From positions 90,706,001 to 90,770,000 of the forward strand of contig NC_042999.1 of assembly GCF_006345805.1 (NCBI RefSeq): a stretch of DNA of 64,000 bases. Direction: 5' to 3'. The notes beneath the pieces are model-generated. The model searched no databases. It saw only the letters and a program-made list of their open reading frames with translations, and had not been told where the DNA came from. Source of the stretch: Octopus sinensis. Lineage: Eukaryota. Within the stretch, counting starts at the first letter, position 1. Every line of letters starts with the position of its first letter. Of the stretch, positions 23,148-35,339 are shown in pieces. The position numbers were made by a program, and so were the translations under genes.

Positions 23148-23570
23148 GTGTGGTTTTGAAATAGCAGGAAAAAGATATGAACACGAACTAGAGGCTATAG
23201 CAGATTATAAGATCTTATAGGACTTCCCATAAAGACTGATCACACTGTTCAAGCAAGAAGACAAGATATGATTATAGTGAAGAAAATAAACAGTGTAAGA
23301 TCATAGACTTTGCAATTCCTTATAGTAAAATAATCGATATCAAAGAAAGTGAAAAAATATTGAGAAATATCAGGCTGTAACCAGAGAGAATGTGGAAGGC
23401 TAAAACAACATTTATTGGCCCAGCATCCAAGATGCTATCTAAGAGACTGAAAGACATTGGAATAGAGACACATGTTGTCAACCTGCAGAACAGAACGATC
23501 TTGTATTCAGCAAGAATATTAAGAAAAGATTCTTGAGATCTGAGGAGACCCATTATCACCAAAACCGAAG
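23148..23570 (+). mobile_element. Older R4-clade LINE RLE fragment (probable 3' half of 18790-19128)
   Basis: CGFEIAGKRYEHELE..DYKIL*DFPIKTDHTVQARRQDMII...IIDFAIP...ILYSARILRK. Confidence 0.8.
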
Positions 23571-23769
23571 GTAACTTTCCTGCTAATTAAATTAACATGT
23601 AATAGCTTTATATTAATAAAATAGTATCTTCTTAATTTGCAATTAAGAGAGCACAAAAAGGTTGAGCATGGTTCATATTCCTTTACAAGTGAATCCCGAA
23701 AAAGTTGATGGCAGGTTGGCTAAACAGGAGGTGTCTGTCTTTTAACCTTTTCAGTCATGTCCACTACAC

Positions 23770-24430
23770 AACCTATTACACCAAATCTACCAGGCACAAC
23801 CTCTTACACCAAATCCAGACAGATTACACCAGACAGATAAAAGCTGCCAGTATATCTCGGTCAAAGGGAAGCAGACTCGTACAGGCGAACACCATATCTC
23901 TACAAATCAGCAATGCTTGTGCAATGCACGAGGGAGTATATCTCGGGCAGGCTCTACTGATGGCACTTCCATGTCTGTAGAGTTTATCCCATATCGGTAA
24001 TGCCCCCAATCTCAGCACTGTCAGATAAAAAGTTTCTGGAATTATCCACGAGCATCAGCTCGAAAGTCCTCAGAACTACCTATCCAATTGATCTTCGTCG
24101 ACGTTATGAGTCTCCCTGAAAACGCGGTCCTACTTGCTCAACTTCAAGCCTTTAAAGAACACCTAAGTGGAACTTCCACCGTCCACATTGATTGACTGGT
24201 AGACGGCTGTATGTGCTTGGTGACTCTCTAGGTATCAGGCACATTGCATCTGTCTGTACTTGATCTAGGACTGCAGCTGTGTCAAAGAGACGAGCTGTGG
24301 AAAAGCGGGTCTGTCAAACGGCGAGCGCAACTGCTCATCGCCAACGAAAGGCTCCAGTTATAGAAGCTTCAGTTCATGTCTGCTCACCATCAGCCACAGC
24401 ATACTCATTCTTCCATACAGTGAGTGTTGA
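23770..24430 (-). mobile_element. Decayed L1/Tx1-clade LINE 3' coding fragment
   Basis: GALPIWDKLYRHGSAISRACPR (ORF 23824..24018) and gtatgctgtggctgatggtgagcagacatg are homologous to the 38.2-39.5 kb element. Confidence 0.7.
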
Positions 24431-25831
24431 CTGCAAATGGAGCATCTGAGGAGTGAAACACGTCGTTGCGGTAAAAAAAAATGAGAGCAGGAACTCCAGT
24501 TGGTAACATATAAAGTAGGGTAAGGCATCACGGTCAAACATTAATATATAACGGAGGCGAAATAAGCATTCGTTACCTCTACTCGACCTCTAAGGAATAG
24601 TTCTCTTTCGACTCATTTCTAGGTGAGACTGGGCAATCAACTCGCTACTTCATCAAAATTAGTGCCTATCAGATCTAACACCAGCTTCTATGCGAAGAAA
24701 CCCCAACCTCAAATTATAACAAGCCATCACATTTATTATTAATATAGATACAACATAGACATAAAGACAAAAAGCTAAAAATTAGGTATGACATCTCTAC
24801 ATCATTCACAACACGAATAGGCAAGAAAAAATAAATCAAAAACTAGGAAGGAACATTCTAAAATCTCACAAACACCATTTGCAAATACATTATAATTCTA
24901 TTCAATTTAGTTTATTCTCACACATAGTTCAATAATTAAAATATGAACAAATTACAAAAAATTAAGTCACACAAAATAATACATTGTGGATGTCTTCAGT
25001 TGATATTAAATGCAAAGATAACGAGAAAAATATACCTTCTTTTGATTAAAACAAATATGAACGTGTATTATTTGGATGTGATTATGAAGCTGGCCCACTT
25101 TCTGGTTACACATTTCCTACACGAAATGCATATTGTATTTTATTTCACAAGTAATCTAATTACTGTGGTTTAATTACTGTAACAATATCACTAACCATTA
25201 TACTGCATGTATTTAGTTAGATTTACTTTATTCAGCACGATAGAAAATTTATCAAGTGTTGGAGCATACACACCAGTAGATACCACAACATTTATCGAAT
25301 GAAAAGTAGTACTTTCGAATATGTATAGAGATACATCCTTGAATCGAGTGTAATACATTAAATCGTATCTTTGCATAAAGTGAAAAAAACACTAAATTTG
25401 AGATCTATATGCCCGTATACAATAGACAATGATAAAATTTGCATTATTTATTCAACGCTGTAGGGTATCCTCAAGCAGTTGACTCAATCACAATAAACGA
25501 GATTCAAATATATTTTTTAAATTCTACGAGTAAATTGCTTTTAGAAAGAGTTTTATGCAAAACGATATCTGCTTTACAGTAACGCAACTATTACTGAGAT
25601 GCATATTCTCATCATGAGGAGAATCAATGCCTTAAAATTAAGAAAATGTGTACATTTTGTTATAAATACATAATTCATTCTATTACTAACTGTCTTAGCT
25701 ATATTAATGAAATATTTTTAAAAACTTGGATCGCTACTCATTGACTCATTTATATAACCCTGATGTTGTTTTCTGTAACTACACCTGCATCTCTAATACT
25801 ATATGTTGTCTTTGGATTACTATGACCTCTT

Positions 25832-25879
<48 letters not shown>

Positions 25880-28800
25880 CCCCCCTCTCTCTCACTCACA
25901 CATGAATATATACGGCTGCTACAAAAGTCGAGTTCACATCACAAAAGATCATTGTGACAACTTTTTTTGCTACATCAAAGAGTCCTACTATGAAGTTAGT
26001 TATACTAATGTAACTTATCTAATATGTATATGCCGTACATAGTCATGCGTGTGTGTGTGAAAGAGAGTGTGTGTGTGTGAGAGAGAGAGGATATATATAT
26101 ATATATGTTTATATGTATGTATGAAAGTATGCATTACTTACTGAATTTGGAGGATAGAGCAATATTTATGAATCTAGCAGGCTCACCGAAAGCAGTGAGC
26201 GAGATATTGTCAGTCTCCTGCTTAAATTGATGCTTATATCTGAAGAACAGATATAAGCAGAGAGTAGATTCCAGATTATTACAGGAGCAAATCCTTTATA
26301 CATACACGCATGAATGCAGACATACATACATACATACATACATTAATACACCGACACACACGCACACATACACACACGCACACACACACTCAGACACACA
26401 ATTATCGAAAAAATAGACAGTAATTAAAATGATTCTAATAATGATATCTTGATTTTATATAATACTGTGCTAAAAACTTTTGCAAACCCAAAGTAAGATA
26501 CATCAAATAAATCCGTCTCGTTGGATTTCGTTACAAGATAGCGATAATGGTGAAGTACTTGACTTTTACTGAGGCAAAAAGAAAAAAGAAAAGAAAAAGA
26601 AACAGAAAAATCACTCCCCTCCCTCAAAAGATAGCTTGAACAAACAAAACAAAACAGGTTATTCTTTCGTAGAAAACCTTCATTTATTAAAATTTCCTCG
26701 ATTATAGTTTCTGCTACCTGACATGTATTACATAACGAGCTATATATTTTCTTAGATATTAATTTTCTTAGATATTAATTTTTTAATACATATTAGAATA
26801 ATTACTGCCCGAATCCAGAGACAAGGTAGCTATATCGAATAAACAACTAAGTTAAAATATGAATGATGATGGATATTCCAATTCATAGGCAAAGCAATTT
26901 ATTATCAGATTTTAAAATAACTCATATAAGGTAAAGGTGACTATAAATTAAAAATTTCTTTCAGAGAAAATGACATTCTGTTCAGGTATTATCGAGGATG
27001 GATTTCTGCTTTTATCGTGCACAAATACAGATGCAAAATATTTATTAAAAATTTTGTTCTGCTTGTATCTTCTTTTGCAAGTCAGAATTATTGTTTTAGA
27101 ATTATACTAGTCTGGAAACAATATATTCGATTCACCCTAAATTTCACGCAGAGGCTTTGGTCCCCACAGAAAAATATACAAGAACATAATGAAAATGAAT
27201 TTTAAGGGCTTGAACACAGTTCACACCTTCACAGGTCCCTCTCGCATAGCATCTACAACCTAAGTTAACGAAGCCAGTATACTCAATATGTAAGTTGACC
27301 TGGACATGTATGAGGTACACTTTGTTAGCGTAGTAAGCTTAATTTATACAAATCTTTGTTACTTTAGAATTAATCTCCAGAACAGTAATTACACTGCTAT
27401 CCTAAACGCTATCCTTCCTATACAGGCCATAATGATATAAAAACTTATAAACAGAAAAAAGAGAGCACTGTGTAGGACGCAATCTAGAAATAAGTACAGA
27501 CGAAGATATACTGTCGAGTTCTCCAGTTCACCTCTGATAGAGCAGTTGAAAAGATGTAGCATGTCCAGAATACCAGACTGCACCCTAATTATTCAGACAC
27601 TGAATTCGAAGTGTACAAAAGTGTCCTTAATTTATCAGAACCATGTTGCATCTGGTGCATTGTATCTGTAGTTTGCCTATTTCTTAATCAATGTTGGTAA
27701 AGTTTATACACAGTAACTACAGAAACAGTAGCATTCTTGAGACTTATCGACGAGGAGAAGTGTTTCCGTGAACGGACAAAAATGTCTCCAAAATACTTGA
27801 CACTCTCTGACAATGGCGATTGCTCCAAAGATAATGAAGAGGAAAAAAATAGGGGAGGATGAGGAAAGGAGTAAAAGAGGGAGAATAATGTGCATGTAGA
27901 TGAAACGGCGACTAAATGCAAGTTACTTTGTTGTCATAAGAGTTAATTTTAGAAGTGAAAATACTAGTTAAACAGTAAAATTTTCTTTTAAAAGAAAATA
28001 AAACACAAAAAAACAGCAACGCTGCCGGAAGTCGTTAAAAATATTTTATCGGATATTTCCTTATGTTAAGCAGCAGATGTGTTTGAAACTAACCCGTGAT
28101 CAAATGGTAATAAAAACAGTTCAATTTGCTAAATTAAAATCATTGAAATCAGAATAGTAAAGACAATGAAGAACAGATTTTCTTTTCAAAACCTTTTAAA
28201 AAATATTTTAAATAAAACTTTTAAAAACGCCAATGTTATAAATCCTGGAAAAATTTTAAATTGGAAAACTTTTAAACGAATATTTGTTTTTCTACGACTG
28301 CAGATTTATAATCCCCAAACAAACCTCGTTTAAAAACCAAAGCGACGCCGTTTTATCATCAGTTTATTTTTTCCACACAATTTTCTTTTTACACTTTTCA
28401 CTTGAGGGTTACCTCACTTTACACATAATAAATTGCTTCTCTCAAGAATTTAAGCACAATAATTAGATCAATTATAGTTCCTTAAATAATAGCGACTGCG
28501 ATATCATGCTCCTTCTTGTCATCGACAACGCTATCCTTCTCTTCATTTTCATCAATAAGATTTTTTTTAACATGTAGACACTATTTCTAAATTTACTTGA
28601 TGATGAAGGATTTTGCATTTAAGATCATGGCTTTCTCACAAATATAAGTAAAATAAATAAGCAAATCGGATTTTTTCCCGCTAAGAACATTCCATGATAG
28701 AAATCGTTATGAAAAAAACTGTATCAACACAAAAACTTTAAAAGCAATAATAGCAGCGGCTATGACAACATCATCGGTAATGAGGATTTATTATCTACGC

Positions 28801-28904
28801 AAAAAATAAATTTACGAGGTAGACAAAGAAAATTGTGTTGCACTATGACGTAATTGGAGTAAAATGGCGCCAAACGGCAATGATAGCACCAATAATAATA
28901 ATAA

Positions 28905-29075
28905 TAATATCTGGCTTAGCCATAGTTGTGTGGTTAAAAACTTCGCTTCATAAATGCATGGTTCTGGTTGGATTCCACAGTGTAGCGACTTGAACAAATA
29001 TTTTCCCAATTTAAGTGCAACAATATCCTGCAATGAAATTTAGCAGAAGGTACTAAGTGGAAGCCCACCCCGTAT
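28905..29075 (+). mobile_element. Decayed tRNA-derived SINE (same family as 47070-47469)
   Basis: gttgtgtggttaaaaacttcgcttc...catggttctggttggattccacagtgtagcgacttgaacaa aligns loosely with the family head; (TATG)n tail. Confidence 0.5.
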
Positions 29076-29532
29076 GTATGTATGTATGTATGTATGCTCT
29101 GGGTATGATTTTAAATTGAATGCAGTTTAAAGTGGGGCCTCGATACGGGAGATTCAAGAATTTGAGGAACGTGGAATCATCACTTAGCCACCATTTTCCA
29201 AGGTTTACTCTGACCCAGAATAGTAGCACCTGTTAGGGTCTTAATTATGGGTTAAATAGCATGTTAACCACCAGGAATAAAAGACCGCTAGTTCTCGTTA
29301 TACTTCTTCCTAGGTGAAGGTAAACACGAATAAAAATCCCTGAAAGGCTGTTGGTTTCTAGTCGTCTTAATCTCTGTTGTGCCACTAGTGTTATAGTTTA
29401 TTGTCCTGAAAAGTGGGTTTAATGTTGTACAACACTTTAGCCACTCTAAAGAAATTCACGCATCGGGACTACTTGGGCGGACATACTGAGTTTAAGAAGT
29501 GGTCGTATGAGGCCACGAGTTGACAATAGCCA

Positions 29533-29622
29533 TGTATGTATGTATGTATGTATGTATGTATGTATGTATGTATGTATGTATGTACGTACGTACGTATGTA
29601 TGTATGTATGTATGTATGTATG
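29533..29622. repeat. (TATG)n microsatellite
   Basis: Visible run. Confidence 0.97.
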
Positions 29623-29759
29623 TACAAGTGTGTGTGTGTGTGTTCGCATACATGAAAAACAAAGAGCAGTCAAATATATGAAGAGATTAGGGTGTATAAT
29701 ATAGTTTAACGACACGTATTCCAACAAATGATGACCGTGACACTGAATTTCAGGTAAAG

Positions 29760-30745
29760 TTGATAATAAACACTCATCAGATAGTCACCAGCAGCCATCT
29801 TTGACAGTGTTCAACTTAAACCTATGACATGCTTACCTGAGGAATATAGGTCGTGAGCTTTCATGCCTGGTGAACACAGCGTCCAAGAAAATCCTCTGGT
29901 GGATATGATTAAGTTGCTTCTTCCGCCTTTTTATATCAAACTTGGTTTAATGAAGAATTTCTTGAAGACCATGGACAAAAATTGCGTTGCCTTTCAACAC
30001 TTGTGCACACTGCTCCCAGCTATGAGTTCTGCTAAACTCAAGGAGGTAATCTTTGTCGGATCTCAGATCCGAGACATACTGAAGTATAAGGACTTCGAGG
30101 AGCTTCTTACCTTAAAGGAACTGAGAGTATGGGAAACAGTTAAGTCAGTCATGGCTTCCTTGGTAACACACGGGTACTAGATTACCAAGAGTGTATCAAG
30201 AAGTTTTTACTGTCTTATGAGGATATGAGATGCCGAATGTAACTCAAAATTCACTTTCTCCACTCCCACCTCAACTTCTTTCCAAATGCTTGGAGCAGTG
30301 AGTAATAGAGAAATGTTCCACCAATATATTATTAAGGTGGAGAGCTACTACCAAGGCATATGGAACCCCAGCATGATGGGGGACATTTGCTGGATGCTCA
30401 TGCGTGACATCTCGGAGGCAAAGTACACAAGATCATCCAAAAATCTCACTTCTAACTGTCTGATTTATTATGCGTTGTGTGTATTGTATTATCCAATAAA
30501 TTAAATTCCATCAGTGTTCTGTATCTATGCTGTTTTCTTCTGCAATATGCCTTTGTAACAGATGAATTAGACACATTATGGTTTTTATGCAGTGTAATTA
30601 AAATGGGATATGTGAAAGCAAAAATAACTAGAGATGATAGAGCAAAACTATTCAGAAAATTGAATTCACAATACCAAAATTAGTAAAAGAACCCCACTTA
30701 TTCACATCCTTGCCTCAGAGCAAAAATAAAATTTTGCAAACCAAT
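29760..30745 (+). mobile_element. Chapaev3-like (CMC) DNA transposon, 3' half with right terminus
   Basis: PGEHSVQENPLVD..LLPPFYIKLGLMKNFLKTMD...KLKEVIFVGSQIR; CRM*LKIHFLHSHLNFFP-MLGAVSN..FHQ...YQGIWNPSMMGDICW; terminus aaaattttgcaaaccaatg. Family name from recalled motifs. Confidence 0.75.
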
Positions 30746-32572
30746 GTAATCATTTTGACATCTGGGCTTTCAACTCTGCACCACTACCGGCAGATCTGAG
30801 CCTTGGGATTATGCGGAGATGAAGTGTTTTTTGATCTAACTACTCACTCCCTGGTATAACTTTTCTATATAAAGGACGATCTCTTCATCCTCCTCATTAG
30901 ATATAATGGCAGTTGTGAGTCACCAGATTCTATTTCCGTTTGAACATTTACCCAAGGACATATTTTTGAAGGCAAATCTCATGTTTAAAGTACTAAAATG
31001 CTTAATAAGAATGGGAAAGTTTTTGTGATGCCATCATCGCCTTTCAGGAACTTTTGGTCAGTGCATGAGGTAAACCTATTTTGGTGTTCATGTACCTGCA
31101 AGTTACAAAGTTACAAGGCACCTATATTTATTACCCAATACTTCAGCTGGTAATAGCAAAAACAGAAAACAAAATGTGCATTTACCTTCCATTCTTATGA
31201 TATTTCTGGTTTTCCTGAAAAATTCCCTGTCTACATGTATAATGGTACTATTGAAGTTAGCTTTACACTGTAGCAGCAGCATGAGCGCTTGTGTACTGCC
31301 CACATTGTAGTTTTTTATACTTTTAACTACCCATTTTAGTTCACCACGTGATGTCACATCCATTTAGTGTTGCTTGGACGGCCCACATCTTTAACATGAT
31401 GGATTAGCGTCTGTTCGTTAGTTATAAAATGGGAAGTTCTGGATCGCTAAGTCCTCAGGCGAGAGAGTTTTGCTACCTGGGACCTTGACGTGAAAACAAT
31501 ATTGATTTCAATTTGTAGTTTTCAGTTTGAACAGATTTCAAACCAGAATCCTTGAGGTTATACTTAGTGTTTTGCCAAACTTTGAATACAAGTAACCACA
31601 ATTATTGTGATACTGTATTTCAGGTTTTTCGTTTACCTCTATTCTACATTTTAATGAACATATAAATATATATAATGTTTTGACAACTCAACTGTCTTAA
31701 AAGTTTGCGTTATTCAATTTCTGAAGTTGTAATAAATGTTTGCTTGCGGTCTATTGCAATTTGTCTCTGAATTTGTTTATTACTATCCATTTTGAATTCA
31801 TTTGACAAATCTTACTTCAATTCATACATCCACATACATACTTACAGCTACAACACTATCTAAGACTGTCTTAGCAGTAGTTGTTGTTGTTGTGTGGTAG
31901 CGAAATCGATGCAGCAATTGCTCATTGCCATGGAAGCACATAGATAGTGATGGTTGTTGAGCGGATTCATTTATGCCTCAACTAAACAACTGTTGCTGCC
32001 GCTGATCATTATTCTATATTCGTTGCTACACAGGAATTGCCACACATTTCTTCACTCAGAAATTTTGTTTGAAATAGTTGTCCCACGTCGTCGTTAAAGC
32101 ATGCAACTAATCTCCAGGTCTTATCAGCATTTTCGTGTTTATCCTCGCCGCTGTTGTAATTGTTAGCGTTGCTCTTTTGCTGTTGCTTCTGCTGTTGTTA
32201 CTGTTGCTGCTGTTTCTTAATTGTTGTTGCAAATTTTATCTTCATATAAGGTTTCTGAGGCTGGAACGCCTTCTCTATATTTCCTTACTCTCAAATTCCC
32301 CACCTTTCTTTTATGCTTTCTCCTCTTCTCTCGTTGCTTTGTAGTTTTGGGATGCACATTATTATTACTTGTTATGTACTTTAAAATTTTGATGTTAAAA
32401 ATCGACCTAGCATAAATTTCAAATTAAGAACGCACATATCTTTCCGGAGGGTAATCTTACAATTAAATTTGACTGAACAAATCTTCTTCTGTACCTTATT
32501 ATACAGGTTAAAAAGAAACGAGTTGACGGTCAATGTGACATCCTTATATGGCGGTTTAAACAGCGGCAATAG

Positions 32573-32730
32573 TCTTCTTCTTCTTCTTCTTCTTCTTCTT
32601 CTTCTTCTTCTTCTTCTTCTTCTTCTTCTTCTTCTTCTTCTTCTTCTTCTTCTTCTTCTTCTTCTTCTTCTTCTTCTTCTTCTTCTTCTTCTTCTTCTTC
32701 TTCTTCTTCTTCTTCTTCTTCTTCTTCTTC
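32573..32730. repeat. (CTT)n microsatellite, about 52 units
   Basis: Pure run; source of the poly-L and poly-E ORFs. Confidence 0.98.
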
Positions 32731-33559
32731 TCTACCTATATAATAATCTGCTTGTTCGTTCGCCAATTATACTTTAGTAAGCTAGGGAGGTGGTGGTGAA
32801 GTAAATGAAAGAAAAAAAAGGAAGAGTGTGAGTTGAGAAGAAAGAAGTGAGGAAGAATTAGGGAAAGATGTAAAATAAGGTCAAATTCGTCACGTGGTTA
32901 GTTCAAGGGAAAGGCAAAGAGCGAAACAATAAGAGCGTGATGCGATTGTAATCGATTATTTATTGGTTTGAACGATATTTCGACAGCTCGCCTGTCTTTT
33001 CCAAGTTCAAAATGTAAAATGAAGAAACTAAAAAATATAGAAATTCAAAAATATGAACGAGAAAATCCTGTGTTTCTACTTTGATAGAATAACACCATCA
33101 GTCTTCAATTTTGCAACTCGCATAAAGGCAAATAAAGGAAAAAAAGGAATAGAAAAAAGAAAAATGGAAAAACGATATTTAGCCGAACAGTTGTGTGTAA
33201 ATGTGATGAAATTCACTTGGCATTTTATTCATTCTTCCAGGGCGTGATGTTAGTAACTCACAAACATATTTGTCTTTATGGGATTTCAGGTATGAAAGTA
33301 TAGTAGATTCGGAATATTTTCTAAGAATGTGCACTTTGCAGCCGCTTGATGTAAAATGTTCGGCATGTCCTGTCGGACTACTGCTGCTGTGCCTGGTGTC
33401 ATAACTGTACCCATTGAATCTTTTGTTTAATTGTTATGTTGTACAGCCAACATAAATCAAGTTGTGTTCGGCGCATTCTTCTGTGTACACGTCCAACTTT
33501 CCATATAGATCATAATATTTCTGTTATTATTTGTGATAGAATTCACTTGACTCATGTTG

Positions 33560-33822
33560 TTGCACAATGAACAGGGCCTGTCTCTCTTGCGGCTGTTTTT
33601 CATGGTGCAGCGTTTAGAAACTCCAATGTTAACACCTGGCTATGATACTCCCCCACTACATCTACTCGTGATCAGCGATACACATCTCGTCAGACATCAA
33701 GGGACATGCTCAAATGGTTAAGGTCAAACAACTGACTAGCAAACTTGTGGTATTGCGCAGAATATTTATTGTAGCCCATCTGTTATACCAAGACAAAACA
33801 ATGTACATGATAACACTTCCAA
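33560..33822 (+). mobile_element. Dispersed repeat fragment, probably a LINE 3' region
   Basis: ccccactacatctactcgtgatcag...gtagcccatctgttataccaagacaaaacaatgtacatgataacacttccaat recalled as a common octopus repeat; not verifiable here. Confidence 0.35.
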
Positions 33823-34020
33823 TGAAACCGAGCTGCCAGAAAGATTAGATCAAATCTGAAATTACGAACCAGGAATTAAGAAACCACAAGAACAATGAAA
33901 GGAAACTATATTATAATGTAAGCCACCTCAGGGAATTGACATGGCTTACATTCCCGGACGATCCGCCATTCTACCGCGTTTCATTCTAACATTGCCACTA
34001 TCACTCCTCCTCCTCCTCCT

Positions 34021-34156
34021 CCTCCCTTCCCCTCCCATCCACATCCACCTCATCCCCTCCCCTCCCATCCACATCCACCTCATCCCCTCCCCTCCCATCC
34101 ACATCCACCTCATCCCCTCCCCTCCCATCCACATCCACCTCATCCCCTCCCCTCCA
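34021..34156. repeat. 30-bp C-rich minisatellite (CATCCCCTCCCCTCCCATCCACATCCACCT, about 4.5 copies)
   Basis: Near-perfect tandem units; followed by (GCT)/(CTA)/(GAT) tracts to about 34380. Confidence 0.95.
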
Positions 34157-34238
34157 CATCCCCTCCCCACCACATCCACCTCCCCCTCTTCTCCCCATGC
34201 TGCTGCTACTGCTGCTGCTGCTGCTACTACTACTACTA

Positions 34239-34282
<44 letters not shown>

Positions 34283-34943
34283 TTACTACTACTACTATAC
34301 TACTACTACTACTATACTGCTGCTGCTGACGATGATGTTGATGATGTTGCTAGTGGTGGAGATAGTGATGGAGATGGTAGGGTAGGAATAGTATTAGTGT
34401 TGACGGTGTTTGTATTGATGGTGATGTTGTTCTTCGGGATAATGTCAGTCACGACATTAATGAGTGCTGAACTCTGTAATCAATAAATACATTCATTCAG
34501 GTTCATTTAAAATTAGTAATCAACGAATAAATAAATAGCTAGTCACTTACAGCGTCACCTAATAGTACAGGCTGCCTTTTGAACTTTGAACAACGAAGGA
34601 AGTCTGACATGACAGAAATTCTCTAGTAGAACACACAAATATTTGTAAAACATTTGTGTAAATATGGTAATGTAAGGCAAAATGATAATGGGAGATGAGT
34701 TTCCACGTAAGGTAAACAACGGGAATTATTGGTCACACCATAGTAAAGACTTTGCCTTTTTATTTTCAGGGTAGCTAGATATTATCGAACAAGTATATTT
34801 GTCTAAAGTCAATGATCTGTTCGAAATAACAAACGATTTTGTACGAAGACCATCACGATTCGAAATCGAAAAGGAGACATGCGAAGCTTAATTTCAGATC
34901 ATTTGTTACTAGTCGAACATTATGTGAATATGTTCCACTTATT

Positions 34944-35339
34944 AAGGCGGCGAGCTGGCAGAATCGTTAGCATGCGGGGCGAAATGCTTAGAGGTATTTC
35001 GCCTGCCGCTACGTTCTGAGTTCAAATTCCGTCGAGGTCGACTTTGCCTTTCATCCTTTCGGGGTCGATAAATTAAGTACCAGTTATGCACTGGGGTCGA
35101 TATGATCGACTTAATCCGTTTGTGTGTCCTTGATCGTCCCCTCTGTGTTTAGCCCCTTGTGGGTAGTAAAGAAATAGGTATTTCGTGTCTTTACGTTCTG
35201 AGTTCAACTTCCACTGAGGTCGACTTTGCTTTTCATCCTTTCGGGGTCGATAAATTAGGTACCAGTTGCGTACTGGGTTCGATCTAATCAACTGGTCCCC
35301 TTCCCCAAAATCTCGGGCTTTGTACCTGGAGTAGAAAAT
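34944..35339 (+). mobile_element. Dimeric tRNA-derived SINE with 17-bp TSD
   Basis: Head aaggcggcgagctggcagaatcgttagc, B-box gagttcaaattcc, central gcctttcatcctttcggggtcgataaattaagtaccag domain present twice; TSD AATATGTTCCACTTATT at 34927-34943 and 35340-35356. Confidence 0.93.

Noticed and set aside
27389-27921. Hydrophobic minus-strand ORFs (27389..27583 and 27688..27921) as membrane-protein exons
   Set aside because: No recognisable domain and no convincing splice-site pairs; hydrophobicity is explained by T-rich composition.
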